A stretch of 64,000 nucleotides of DNA from an uncultured Nitrososphaerota archaeon (GCA_963842885.1 CAWJIE010000004.1:256001-320000); one strand, 5' to 3'. Shown: positions 42,193 to 52,245, counted from the stretch's first letter. Numbers and translations: made by a program. Notes: generated by a model from the letters alone, not told the origin.

Positions 42193-42913
42193 ATGAGTGA
42201 TGAGAGGTCCTTCAAACATGCTAAGCTAGCCGTCCTTTACTCCGGAGGGAAGGACAGCAACTATGCGTTGTTTCAAGCTGCGAAGAGTGGATTCGATATT
42301 GCTTGCTTGCTTGCTGTCAGGCCCCCTGATGTGGAAAGCCTGCTTTTCCACTATCCTAATTCCGGGCTGACCGGAGTTGCAGGCTGAATCCTTGGGTATT
42401 CCCATCCTGACAAGAGACATCCGACCTGGCGACGAAGAGTTGGGTTCGTTGTCCCAGCTCGTGGCTGAAGCGAAGGCCAAATTCGGCGTGATGGGGATAG
42501 TTACTGGAGCTGTGAAAAGCAGGTATCAGATGGAGAGATTTGGCAAGGTGTTCGAGCGCAACGGAGTAAAGGGCGTAAATCCTTTGTGGGGAATCGACGA
42601 GGAAGCGTATCTCAGGAAGCTCGTGCCAGAAGGCTTCAGAGCGATCGTGACGCGAGTAGCAGCCTTGGGATTGGGCCCCGACTGGTTGGGCGCGGAACTC
42701 GACGCCCAGAAGATCGAGGACCTGATTATGCTTGCTCGCAAGAATCGCTTTAATCCTTCTCTCGAAGGCGGCGAAGGTGAGACTTTCGTCTTGGACATGC
42801 CCCTGTTCAAGAAGAAAGTGGTGGTTCTTGAAGCGGAGAAATCCTGGGAGAAGGGCGAAGGGACACTAAGTATTAAAAAGGCTATCCTGAGGAATAAAAC
42901 TGCCGATGTTTGA
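42193..42913 (+). CDS. diphthine-ammonia ligase-like PP-loop ATPase (Dph6 family), frameshift near 42372
   Basis: [23 protein letters not shown] and GEGET. Confidence 0.85.
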
Positions 42914-44237
42914 GAAGATTAGAGAAGGCCTGCAGTCGGCGATAAAGCGGCTATTTGACGCCGACGTGGTAGACGAAGCAACCATCAAGGAGTTCGTCAA
43001 GGACATCCAAAGGGCGCTGATACAGGCTGATGTGAACGTCAAAGTAGTCTTTGACCTTAGCAAGAGGGTCGAAGAACGCCTTCTAGCCGAGAAGACCAAA
43101 CCGGGCGTTTCGTTGAAGGAACAGGCTCTCTCAATCCTGTACGACGAGTTAACCAAGATTATGGGGACGGAGACGAAGCTCAACCCGCCGTCCACCGAAC
43201 CCTTTACCATACTCTTGGTGGGAATCCAAGGGTCCGGCAAGACGACGGCTGCGGGCAAATTGGCTAGGTATTTTACGAGGAGGGGGTTCAGGGTGGGGTT
43301 GGTCTGTGCGGACACTTTCCGCGCGGGAGCATACGATCAGTTGAAGACTTTGGGTGAAAGAACGCAGACTGAAGTGTTCTGGGAGGAGAAACGAGAGCCT
43401 GAGGCCATCGCTGTCGACGGAAAGAAGCACTTCATCGAGGAAGGACAACGGCTCATTGTGGTAGATACGGCGGGCAGGCATAAGGAAGAGAAGTCACTCC
43501 TGGAAGAGATGAAGAGGATTGAGAACAGCCTCAGGCCCAACATCGCCCTTCTAGTCATCGACGGAACCATCGGCCAGCAGGCCTACGCCCAGGCGGCGGC
43601 GTTCAACTCCACCACCAAGGTAGGCGGAATCATAGTCACGAAACTTGATGGTACTGCGAAGGGAGGCGGCGCCTTGGCTGCTGCGGCTGCTACTGGAGCG
43701 AAGATAGTCTTCGTCTCTGCAGGAGAGCGTGTAGACGACTTGGAAGAGTTCTCTCCAAGCAGGTTCGCCGGCAGGATGCTGGGGATGGGAGACCTCCACG
43801 GTCTCCTGGAGAAGGTCAAGATGGCTGGCACGGAAGTGGACGAGGCTACCGCGAAGAGAATCACTTCTGGCAAGATGACGTTAGAGGACTTCTACGCCCA
43901 GATGGAGCAGCTGAACAAGCTGGGCCCGTTGCAGAAAATCATGGAGATGATGCCAGGCCTGCCCAAGCTGGAAGATGGGGCGGCGGAAGAAATGGAGCTG
44001 AAATTCAAGAAGTGGAAGGCCATAATTCGTGGGATGACTCCGCTGGAACGTAAGGACCCAGACCTCATCAACTCTTCAAGAATCAAGAGGATATCTCGTG
44101 GGTCGGGCGTATCGGAGAAAGACGTGAAAGACATGATGACTGCGTTTGAGCAGGGGAAGAAACTGATGAAGAACGCCAAGAGCATGCGAATGAACAAACA
44201 GCTTTTGAAGCAACTCAAGGGGAGCGGCCTAGTCTAG
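42906..44237 (+). CDS. srp54: signal recognition particle protein SRP54
   Basis: GIQGSGKTT, DTAGRH, TKLDGTAKGGG and Met-rich M domain. Confidence 0.97.
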   Translation: MFEKIREGLQSAIKRLFDADVVDEATIKEFVKDIQRALIQADVNVKVVFDLSKRVEERLLAEKTKPGVSLKEQALSILYDELTKIMGTETKLNPPSTEPFTILLVGIQGSGKTTAAGKLARYFTRRGFRVGLVCADTFRAGAYDQLKTLGERTQTEVFWEEKREPEAIAVDGKKHFIEEGQRLIVVDTAGRHKEEKSLLEEMKRIENSLRPNIALLVIDGTIGQQAYAQAAAFNSTTKVGGIIVTKLDGTAKGGGALAAAAATGAKIVFVSAGERVDDLEEFSPSRFAGRMLGMGDLHGLLEKVKMAGTEVDEATAKRITSGKMTLEDFYAQMEQLNKLGPLQKIMEMMPGLPKLEDGAAEEMELKFKKWKAIIRGMTPLERKDPDLINSSRIKRISRGSGVSEKDVKDMMTAFEQGKKLMKNAKSMRMNKQLLKQLKGSGLV

Positions 44238-45419
44238 ATGAAGGGCATGGCCCGACACGGCCAAGAGTGTCCTGCAGGAGATTAAGATATGTGCTTGGTG
44301 TCTGGGGAGGCAGTACTCCTCTTCGCCGACTGAGATTGAGAAGGTGGGTAGGAGGGCGGCAGACAGGCTGGGCCTCGTTCACCCAGAGATTTGTGAGCTC
44401 TGTGGAAATGCGTTCCAGCGACGAATCGAAATAGTAAACCGGGTGATCGCGGAGCTAGGGCAGATTGAGTTCTGCCACGTTTCAAGTTGGCGTTGCTCTG
44501 TCCGGCGATTCGATAGAGAAGGAGGACGAGATGCGTTCGAGATTAAGGCTAAGCAGCGGAATCAGCCTGAAGAAGGGCCTGACAACCATGTTCAGACATG
44601 AGCTTGCCAAGCGACTTGGCAAGAAGCCGGCCTTGAGGAATCCCGACATCACCATCAGAATAGGCTTGCCTGAAGAGTCAATCCAGCTTGAAAGCAAACC
44701 GGTTACCGCATATGTGGAGTACCTGAAGCTTGACCAGAGGCATTCCTGTAAGGGCGGTGCCTTGCACTGATTGCGGCGGCCAAGGATGTCCGTCGTGTGA
44801 AGGGACGGGTATTGGAAAGCTGGACGAGAGCATAGAGGCCGGGCTGACTCGTGCCTTCCTGGATGCCTTCGAGGGGAGGAGAATCAAGATCAGCTGGTCG
44901 GGAATAGAAGAAGAATCCTCTCTCTTGTTGGGGGGTGGAAGACCTACGTATGTTGAAGTCGTTGCGCCGGCGAAAAGGCTGTCGGGCTTGATGAGACTGA
45001 ACATGAAACCTACGAGGGACATGCAGCTGACAAGGGCCGAGCTCGCTCCCTTGAATCGAGAGAGGATAGAGGCCTTGGTGAAGGAAGTCGTCGTCACGGC
45101 GGATTTCGAGAGTGAGCTTGTGGCCTCAGATGTCCAGTTACTGGAGCAGGCATACAAGAACAGGGATTTGGTTGTTGTGGGCGATGGTAGAGGGAGAAGG
45201 AAGAGGGTCTACACACTGGAAGTGTCCCCCTCGGGAAGGAGAACTAGGATGCGTTTTGTGTTGGACAACGGAGTGAACCTCAAGCAACTCCTAGCCTTGA
45301 AAGCGGACTCTGGTGGAGGTCAGGAGATGGCGCAGCCGAGCTTCGCTGACCTGTTGCCGAGCAACAGGATTCTTGCGATTGAGAGCGATGTCGTGGGATT
45401 TAGAAGGGCCGATTACTGA
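44238..45419 (+). CDS. pus10: Pus10-family protein with degenerate active site; at least 3 frameshifts
   Basis: C..CLGRQ and CELCG in the N-terminus, YLKL.RGIP, CxxCxGxGCxxCxGxG and GGGRPTYVEV; conserved position between srp54 and rpl21e. Confidence 0.75.
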
Positions 45420-45480
45420 GGAAAAACATTAATTATGGGGGAATGAAGGCTTGCTGTAAGCAAGCAATCGTGAGAACATA

Positions 45481-45759
45481 TTGCCTCATCACAAAGGATT
45501 CAGGCGCAAAACCAGAAGTCTGTTAACCTCGAAGGGTAAGCCAGGGCTGTCCAGGCTTATGATCGAGTATAGCGTAGGTCAGAAGGTCGCCATAGACATC
45601 GAGCCGAGCCAAGAGAAAGGCATGCCCCACCGAAGGTTCCAGGGCTTGGTAGGCATCATTCAAGAGGTCAGACCGCGAGCAGTCGTAGTCGACGTGCCCG
45701 TGGGAGACAAGACCAAAAGGATAATAGCTCGTTTCGAGCACATAAAACCGCTTAAGTGA
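45481..45759 (+). CDS. rpl21e: 50S ribosomal protein L21e
   Basis: KGFRRKTR, KGMPHRRFQG and EHIKP. Confidence 0.96.
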   Translation: MPHHKGFRRKTRSLLTSKGKPGLSRLMIEYSVGQKVAIDIEPSQEKGMPHRRFQGLVGIIQEVRPRAVVVDVPVGDKTKRIIARFEHIKPLK

Positions 45760-46109
45760 TTGGAGTTTTGGTCGGAGAATTAGAACGCAAGCCTCTCACA
45801 ATCCATGAGGCCAAGAAACTACTGGAGAAGGTGGACCCAGAGAAGGCAGACCAAATCCAGAAGAGGACCCTAGACTATGTAACGAAGTTTTCCAATGTCG
45901 ACGGCGATGACGCCAGAGCGATGGTCAAGGAACTGATTAAGGAAACGGGTTTGACCGAGCAAGAAGCTGTAGAGGTTGTGAACATAATGCCCAAGACTCG
46001 TGAGGAGCTCCGAACGTTTACCGTAGGATGGAGGAAATTGACCCCCACTGAGGTGTTGGACAAAATCCTCGTCATTTTGAATTCGAGAAGGCCCAAGTCC
46101 TCATCTTAA
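45756..46109 (+). CDS. rpo4: RNA polymerase subunit Rpo4 (RpoF)
   Basis: QKRTLDY..KFS and VNIMPKTREELR; syntenic after rpl21e. Confidence 0.9.
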   Translation: MIGVLVGELERKPLTIHEAKKLLEKVDPEKADQIQKRTLDYVTKFSNVDGDDARAMVKELIKETGLTEQEAVEVVNIMPKTREELRTFTVGWRKLTPTEVLDKILVILNSRRPKSSS

Positions 46110-46246
46110 TCTTTAAATCTTAGTTCGGATGTTTTGTTAGTGCCTTACGAAGTGGAGCCCATTGACAACTCATAAGGTCAAGAATTCGAGTTCCTGCCCA
46201 GGCTTCCACATAGCGTTCTAGAACGAGAGATGGGTAGGTCACCAAG

Positions 46247-46810
46247 ATGAGCTTCCAACCTCAAATCAAGAAGTATGAAGAGTTCTCTTACGTGCTCGAT
46301 TTCATGCCTAGGGCCCGCTCCAAGATAGTCCACAATAGAGAAGGCTTCATCGTTCAGGCCCTGGGTGAAGAGTACCTTACGCTCCTAGAGTTGCTGGCTT
46401 TCAACAACGCCCAGTTCACCCAAGACGAAAGGGTGTACATTGGGAGGGACCATCGTGACAAGGTCATCAGTGTCCTCGGCAAGCTCAACTATGAAGACCT
46501 TACTCAAGGCGCGAAGAACGAGCTCCCCCCAGTCCTCGAAACGCTGGTCAAGAATGGAGAGCAGAAGTACGTTAGTTACTTCAACAATCTGCAGCCGATT
46601 ACACCTAGGCTTCATGCCTTAGAGCTAATCCCAGGAATCGGCAAGACCCTGACCGTAGAGATACTTGACGCCAGGGAACGGAAGCCATTCGAGTCTTTTG
46701 CCGACGTTCAGGCAAGAGTGGGGTTGAAGGAGCCGGCAAAACAGATCGCCAAGAGGGTATTCGAAGAGCTAACGGGCCAGGCGCGCCTTAACATATTCAT
46801 CAGGAAATAG
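46247..46810 (+). CDS. DUF655 RNA-binding protein (OB + HhH)
   Basis: YVLDF, QALGE...TLLEL, ITPRLHALELIPGIGK and PFESF. Confidence 0.9.
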   Translation: MSFQPQIKKYEEFSYVLDFMPRARSKIVHNREGFIVQALGEEYLTLLELLAFNNAQFTQDERVYIGRDHRDKVISVLGKLNYEDLTQGAKNELPPVLETLVKNGEQKYVSYFNNLQPITPRLHALELIPGIGKTLTVEILDARERKPFESFADVQARVGLKEPAKQIAKRVFEELTGQARLNIFIRK

Positions 46811-46813
46811 GTC

Positions 46814-47558
46814 ATGAGATCGGTCAGGCTTGGTCAGCACTTCCTGAAAAACAAAGAAACCATGCATAGGTTGGTCGGCTGCATTCCTCCTCCTCCGAAG
46901 AAGGTGTTGGAGATAGGGACGGGAGACGGCAGGCTTACCGAACAACTGGTAGAGGCAGGTTACGAAGTGACAAGCTATGAGATAGATGGTCGCCTGTATA
47001 GTGAAGCGCGGAGACGGTTGGGAGACGGTGGGAACCTACGGCTCCTCCTCGGCGACGGGTTCGAGGACAAGAGTGAGTATGATGTCCTGGTCTCGAGCTT
47101 GCCTTACTACGCTTCGCGGAGGTTTGTGGAGTGGTTCTCCGCAGTTTCTACGCCTCTAGGCATCATAATGCTGCAGAAAGACTTCGTCGACAAAATCATC
47201 TCCGAACCTGGCGGGCGCAAGTACGGTGCCTATTCCGTGCTGACTTCGTATTGTTTTGCAAGCACGGAGCTGTTCGTCGTTCCACCACGCGACTTCGAAC
47301 CGATGCCTCGAGTCTACTCTTCCGCTTTGCAGATGCAGAGGCTGAGGAGCCTTTCGGAAGCCAGGCTCACAGCTCTGAGACTTAAGGCGCTGTTCAGCTA
47401 TAGAGGCAGGCTGGTGGCCTCTTTCGTGAGAGACATGAAGAAGAGACGGCTTTGGAACGACTCTGTAGACGTTGGGGGAGATTTGTTGCACCGAAGAGTG
47501 GAAGACCTTTCGCCCTTAGAAGCCATGTTCGATGATTGGCGGTACGATGAAGACTTGA
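46814..47558 (+). CDS. rsmA: 16S rRNA dimethyladenosine transferase (reads in frame into the next gene in this assembly)
   Basis: LGQHFL, VLEIGTGDG, SSLPYY, LQKDF, YGAYSV and F.PMPRVYS. Confidence 0.85.
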
Positions 47559-48115
47559 GCGATGCGTACGAGCCCAGCGACGATAGCCTCTTCCTTTCCA
47601 ACGTGATAGCAGGAGTCCTTGCCGATAGGGTGGCTGAAGTCGGGGTAGGGTCTGGCTTCGTAATCGATGGATATGTTCAGGCGAATACGCCTGAGGTAGC
47701 CGTAGGCACGGATGTGGACATCGAAGCCATCAAAGTGGCGCGGGGGAGGGGCGGCCACGACTCGATCGAATACGTCCTCTGCCGCTCTTGCGACGCTTTC
47801 AGAAAAGATGCCTTCCAGTTGATCTTCTTCAACCCCCCCTATCTGAAGGATGAAGGAACTGGCGATGCGGCGACGTCAGGAGGCAAGGGAGGCGTTGAGA
47901 GAACATATGAGATGGCTTGCAGTTCGTTTGGGGCTCTGGCCACCCGAGGATCTATGATATTCTTGGCTTCCAACCTATCCGACGTTGAATCTCTGTTGTA
48001 CCAACTGCATGAAGAGAGAATGAGGCCAAGGAAGTTGGCATCGTCGAAGCTCTTCTTCGAGGAGCTCTACGCTTTCAAAGTAACAAAGGAGGGCCTCAAT
48101 CGAAAATCTCGATGA
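47555..48115 (+). CDS. HemK2/PrmC-like release factor glutamine methyltransferase
   Basis: YEPSDDS, EVGVGSG, FNPPYL and LFFEEL; TTG start overlapping a TGA. Confidence 0.85.
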   Translation: MSDAYEPSDDSLFLSNVIAGVLADRVAEVGVGSGFVIDGYVQANTPEVAVGTDVDIEAIKVARGRGGHDSIEYVLCRSCDAFRKDAFQLIFFNPPYLKDEGTGDAATSGGKGGVERTYEMACSSFGALATRGSMIFLASNLSDVESLLYQLHEERMRPRKLASSKLFFEELYAFKVTKEGLNRKSR

Positions 48116-49190
48116 CGTCGCCGTTAACAACCTTGTAGTCCTTGCCGACCCTGATGGGGGGCTTGCCGTAGCCTCGCCAGACCTTGGCGTATTTGAAATT
48201 GCGCCAGAGATCCTTATGGATATCCTTGGCAACATCGATGACTCTGCAATTACGTTTGATGAGAAGGGGACGCTGCGCTATGGTTCCACTTGACGACCTG
48301 GTGTTGATACGAATCAACTCCATGTTGGCGAGCATCATGTCGACGAATTTCGAAGGAGATGCGAACACGTTGTCGAAGTCGAATGATGCGGCCCCTACTC
48401 CTTCGATTGGGGCCAACCCCGGCGGCGTCAGGAAGGCGCACCTCTTGAAAGCCCTACCGAAGATGACCGCCTCAACGTCGTCCAAGGTTGCGTCTGGCGA
48501 TATCTTGACGATGCAGTTCAGTATGTTATAGCCCTGAAGGAATGAAATGACCTCTTCTTCGCTGAATGTGTCTGACCTGCCGACCAACCTGATTCCGCCT
48601 GTGGGCATGTTCTTCAGTTCCACGGCTGCCTGTTTCGGCGAGACTTCCAGATTGTGTTCGAGAGTCCATCGACTGAATTCACTCCAGTAGTCGGCCCATG
48701 ACCTGGATGGAAGGTTGATTAGGAGCAAATCGGAGGTCCTGATAAGGTAGAGTATCCTCTCCTGCACCTGCCTGCCGATCCCTCGGTCATAGGGAGTCAG
48801 CATGACCTGAAGGGTGAGACCGCCAAGATGATAGGCGCCTACGACCGGGCCCTGGTGGACCTCGAACAGGGAGGCCGTCAATCCGGTGAGCCCCTTGAAG
48901 AGGGGTGCGGCGGACTCGAACGGTCCGCTGAGAGCCACCTGGGGGAAGATGCCCTTCTCCACTTGCCATTCCACGCGGGTGCTGCCAGTCTTCTTGGACT
49001 TTGCTGACAGGATCTCATCATCAAGGTTCGATATCTGCTTCTTGATGGAGACCTCTAACCTCTCGGTCGACTTGTGATGAGGCATCAATGAATAGAACTC
49101 CCGAAGCAACTTCACTTTCTGCTTGGGGTCTTTGGCAGCTCGAGCTTGAGCCCAACGGGCTCTGGCCTCCGCTGTGATGTTAGTGGGCAA
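48096..49190 (-). CDS. DRG/OBG-like protein with C-terminal TGS domain, GTPase motifs degenerate
   Basis: N-terminus MPTNIT.EA...PHHKSTERL and C-terminal DVAKDIHKDL..FKYAKVW...VGKDY.V..GDVIEI; no GxxxxGKS. Confidence 0.8.
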   Translation of the reverse strand: MPTNITAEARARWAQARAAKDPKQKVKLLREFYSLMPHHKSTERLEVSIKKQISNLDDEILSAKSKKTGSTRVEWQVEKGIFPQVALSGPFESAAPLFKGLTGLTASLFEVHQGPVVGAYHLGGLTLQVMLTPYDRGIGRQVQERILYLIRTSDLLLINLPSRSWADYWSEFSRWTLEHNLEVSPKQAAVELKNMPTGGIRLVGRSDTFSEEEVISFLQGYNILNCIVKISPDATLDDVEAVIFGRAFKRCAFLTPPGLAPIEGVGAASFDFDNVFASPSKFVDMMLANMELIRINTRSSSGTIAQRPLLIKRNCRVIDVAKDIHKDLWRNFKYAKVWRGYGKPPIRVGKDYKVVNGDVIEIFD

Positions 49191-49251
49191 TTATCGACTT
49201 AGTTGAACCAATGGTTAAATCCCCGTTTTTAATGTTCCTCTCGGAAACGAT

Positions 49252-49950
49252 ATGCGCCTGGAGCATCTTGGCGTGGCCATGGTTGAACCCCGGTTCGGTC
49301 TGAACATAGGATATGTTGCTAGGACCATGAAGAACTTCGGCGTGAGTCGTCTGTTCATTGTGGGAAGAGATGATGTGCCTCGCTCAGCCTTTCGTTTCTC
49401 CTCGCATGGAGCTGACGTTGTGAGAGGCGCTGAATATGTAAGCCTGAGCGAGCTGAGAGAGCGATTCGACCTTCTCGTAGGTACCACCGCCATAACCGGA
49501 GAGAGCGGCCGGAATCCTGTGAGGAAAACCGTCACTCTCGATTGGATGGCCAGCTTGGGAGTCGATCCCGCTAGGGTGGTCGTAGTCCTGGGGAGAGACA
49601 CCACGGGGCTGACTACTGCTGAGCTGGGCGCCTGCGACATGGTCTTGCATGTGCCCACCGGAACCTCCTATCCGACGTTGAACATCTCGCACGCGTTGGC
49701 CATAATACTGTACAGACTGGGCTCAGAGGAACCGAAGGGACTCCACCGAGTCAGTCGGGTCTATATGGATGAATTGCTAGAGAACTTCTCGAAGATGCTA
49801 CGCCTGGGGAGGTACCCGGAGCATAAGAGACTAATGGCTGTCAAGATATTCAACCAAGCAGTAATCAAATCGAATGCCGAGCAAGAAGAAATACTGACGT
49901 TAATGGGTGTGTTTCGAAAGGTGAACTTGGCTCTGGAGAGACGTTTCTAA
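49252..49950 (+). CDS. trmJ: TrmJ-type SPOUT tRNA methyltransferase
   Basis: VEP...NIGYVARTMKNFG, LGRD..GL and YPTLNISHA. Confidence 0.85.
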   Translation: MRLEHLGVAMVEPRFGLNIGYVARTMKNFGVSRLFIVGRDDVPRSAFRFSSHGADVVRGAEYVSLSELRERFDLLVGTTAITGESGRNPVRKTVTLDWMASLGVDPARVVVVLGRDTTGLTTAELGACDMVLHVPTGTSYPTLNISHALAIILYRLGSEEPKGLHRVSRVYMDELLENFSKMLRLGRYPEHKRLMAVKIFNQAVIKSNAEQEEILTLMGVFRKVNLALERRF

Positions 49951-49989
49951 GAACCAATATACTTTTAAAGCGGCCTTAAACCTACGGAG

Positions 49990-50511
49990 TTGATTAGGTT
50001 GAAGGGACGCAACTATAGAGCGATCAAGGGACGGCCTTACACTAGGGTCGAATATATCAAAGGCCATCCCCAACTCAAGATTGCCAAGTTCACCATCGGC
50101 AATCCCAGCGGGAAGTATGATTATGTATTCAAGCTAATCTCGTGTGAGAGGGCTCAGGTAAGGCATAACGCTCTCGAGGCGGCGCGGGTGTCCGTCAACA
50201 AGCTTGCGACGGCCCTAGGAGAGGGTAACTACTATCTCTCCGTCAAAGCTTTCCCACATTGTATCCTGCGTGAGAACAAAGTGGTTGCCACAGCTGGAGC
50301 GGACCGGCTGTCGGAAGGAATGAGACGGGCTTTCGGTAAGCCGGTGGGTTTGGCTGCCAGGGTGGAAGATGGTAGCGTCTTGCTCGAGCTGGGGATAAAG
50401 GGAAAGAACGTCCAGCAGGCTAAGGATGCCATCAAGGTGGCTTCCAGCAAGCTACCTGTCAAGACCCGGCTGGAGATTGTTGAATCACCAGCTGAGGCGC
50501 TTGGTGCTTGA
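49990..50511 (+). CDS. rpl10e: 50S ribosomal protein L16/L10e
   Basis: YTR.EYI, QVRHNALEAAR, LRENK and GADRLSEGMRRAFGKP. Confidence 0.96.
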   Translation: MIRLKGRNYRAIKGRPYTRVEYIKGHPQLKIAKFTIGNPSGKYDYVFKLISCERAQVRHNALEAARVSVNKLATALGEGNYYLSVKAFPHCILRENKVVATAGADRLSEGMRRAFGKPVGLAARVEDGSVLLELGIKGKNVQQAKDAIKVASSKLPVKTRLEIVESPAEALGA

Positions 50512-51520
50512 CGTGAGCGTATCGATTAGGGAAGACCAGATATCGAAAATTATAGCCGAGCAGAAACCCAAGAAAATCGGAATCCAAGCACCTGACGGAC
50601 TTCTGAACACCATATTGGAGCTCGCTGAGATGATAGAAGAAAAGCATGGCGTGGAAACGATGATATTGTTCGACCCAAGCTATGGTACCTGTGATTTGAT
50701 GAATCTCGATGCTAGGCGTTTGGGATTGGATTTGGTTCTGAACTTGGGCCACTCTGTGGGTGTCGACAAGATCGGGAAGTACACCTATCTGGTAGATGTT
50801 GAATATAACGTCGACTTCCGGCCTGTGTTGGACTTGGCCTTGGAGCAGTTCAAGGGGAAGTTCTCTAGGATTGGCGTCATGACCATCAGTAATCACAGGT
50901 CGCAGCTGGATGCAGCAGTGAGTTATCTGAGCGACAAAGGACTGTCTGCCGTCAAAGGAGAGAGTGAGGGAATGCTCTTCGATGGTCAGGTGTTCGGCTG
51001 TAACTACTACAGCGCACGCAACATCGCGAAAGATGTCGATGCATTCTTCTTCTTGGGGCAGAGCAGGTTCCATGCCATAGGGGTTCGACTGAACACGCGT
51101 AAACCCACATTCATGCTGGACCCGTTCTTCAATCTAGTTGAAGATGTGAGCAAGGAAGCTGAGCATGTCGAAAGGAAGGCCATATTGTCAATCCTGAAGG
51201 CCAGGGAGGCCGAGAGGATTGGAGTCATCGTGAGCATTAAGGAGGGGCAGCTCTTCAGGAAGCAAGCCGAAGAAATCAGAGATAAGCTGACCAGGCTAGG
51301 CAAGAAGACCTACCTTTTCCACTTGCGCGAAGTGAATGCGCAGAGAGTGGCGGCAATACGCGGAATTGATGCGTTCGTGGAAACTGCGTGCCCGAGGGTA
51401 GCTCTGGACAACGAGGATTTCGATCGACCGATGCTTTCTTATGAACAGGCTCTGGGCTTGATAAGGTTATTAGAAGGGAAAGAGTTGGGGGATATGTTCA
51501 ACTCAGGGTTTTGGGTGTGA
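50504..51520 (+). CDS. dph2: diphthamide biosynthesis radical SAM enzyme Dph2
   Basis: QAPDGL, YGTCD, GQVFGC, FHAIG, KEGQ and TACPR (three Fe-S Cys); start inferred. Confidence 0.92.
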   Translation: MLDVSVSIREDQISKIIAEQKPKKIGIQAPDGLLNTILELAEMIEEKHGVETMILFDPSYGTCDLMNLDARRLGLDLVLNLGHSVGVDKIGKYTYLVDVEYNVDFRPVLDLALEQFKGKFSRIGVMTISNHRSQLDAAVSYLSDKGLSAVKGESEGMLFDGQVFGCNYYSARNIAKDVDAFFFLGQSRFHAIGVRLNTRKPTFMLDPFFNLVEDVSKEAEHVERKAILSILKAREAERIGVIVSIKEGQLFRKQAEEIRDKLTRLGKKTYLFHLREVNAQRVAAIRGIDAFVETACPRVALDNEDFDRPMLSYEQALGLIRLLEGKELGDMFNSGFWV

Positions 51521-51526
51521 AGCGAA

Positions 51527-52198
51527 TTGGTGACTACAAAGAAAGCAAGACCAGACAGAGCTGCCCCCGGAGACAAATTGTCCGTCATAGAGGAATTCAC
51601 CGGGTCTAAGGGTACCTATGAAAAGGGAGGTGAGGTGAGGTCGCTCTTCATGGGAAAGGTCGAATATGATGCGGCAAGGCGAGAGGTCAGTGTCGCTGGG
51701 AAGGGGATGAAGGGCCCTGTCCCGTCTAGAGATGACGTCGTCATGGGTGTCGTTGAAGTGCAGCAAGGTGCTGGCCTCCAAATAAGGATCTATTCCGTGA
51801 ACGACATGGAAGTGAGTAATAATCTGATGGGCATGCTACTCACGAGAACCCGATCTTCCAGCCCCAGCAAGCCTGGTGATCTCGTACGTGCTGCCGTTAC
51901 AAGTAATGCGAACGGCATGATCTTCTTAGGCTTCAGAGACACGAATCTGGGGGTTCTGAAGACTTGGTGCTCTCTCTGCGGCGGGTTGATGGAAGGCGTG
52001 AGCGGCGGGAAGGCCAAGTGCACGGTTTGCGGCAACTTGGAATACCGTAAGATGGCTGGATTCGAGGAGGAACCGCAGTTCAGAGGGGGACCGAGACGGT
52101 ATGGCGAGAGGCGTCGTGAAGAACGGGGGGAACGCCACTACGGGGGCTCTGGTAGAAGAAGCTATGGGCGCCCACGCCGGCGTTATGAAGGTCGGTAA
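51527..52198 (+). CDS. csl4: exosome RNA-binding subunit Csl4 with R/G/Y-rich tail
   Basis: PGD.L..IEEF..G.GTYE, GDLVRA.V, LGV...CSLCG...C.VCG..E.RK; upstream of rpoL. Confidence 0.9.
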   Translation: MVTTKKARPDRAAPGDKLSVIEEFTGSKGTYEKGGEVRSLFMGKVEYDAARREVSVAGKGMKGPVPSRDDVVMGVVEVQQGAGLQIRIYSVNDMEVSNNLMGMLLTRTRSSSPSKPGDLVRAAVTSNANGMIFLGFRDTNLGVLKTWCSLCGGLMEGVSGGKAKCTVCGNLEYRKMAGFEEEPQFRGGPRRYGERRREERGERHYGGSGRRSYGRPRRRYEGR

Positions 52199-52245
52199 AA
52201 AGGAAACACTTAAACATACATCACTTAAGACTCCTAAATGTAGGT

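Noticed and set aside
46814-48115. Apparent RsmA-HemK two-methyltransferase fusion (433-aa ORF)
   Set aside because: Removing one base near 47528 ends rsmA at TGA 47556-47558, overlapping the TTG start of hemK. This matches the normal two-gene arrangement and the indel pattern of this assembly.
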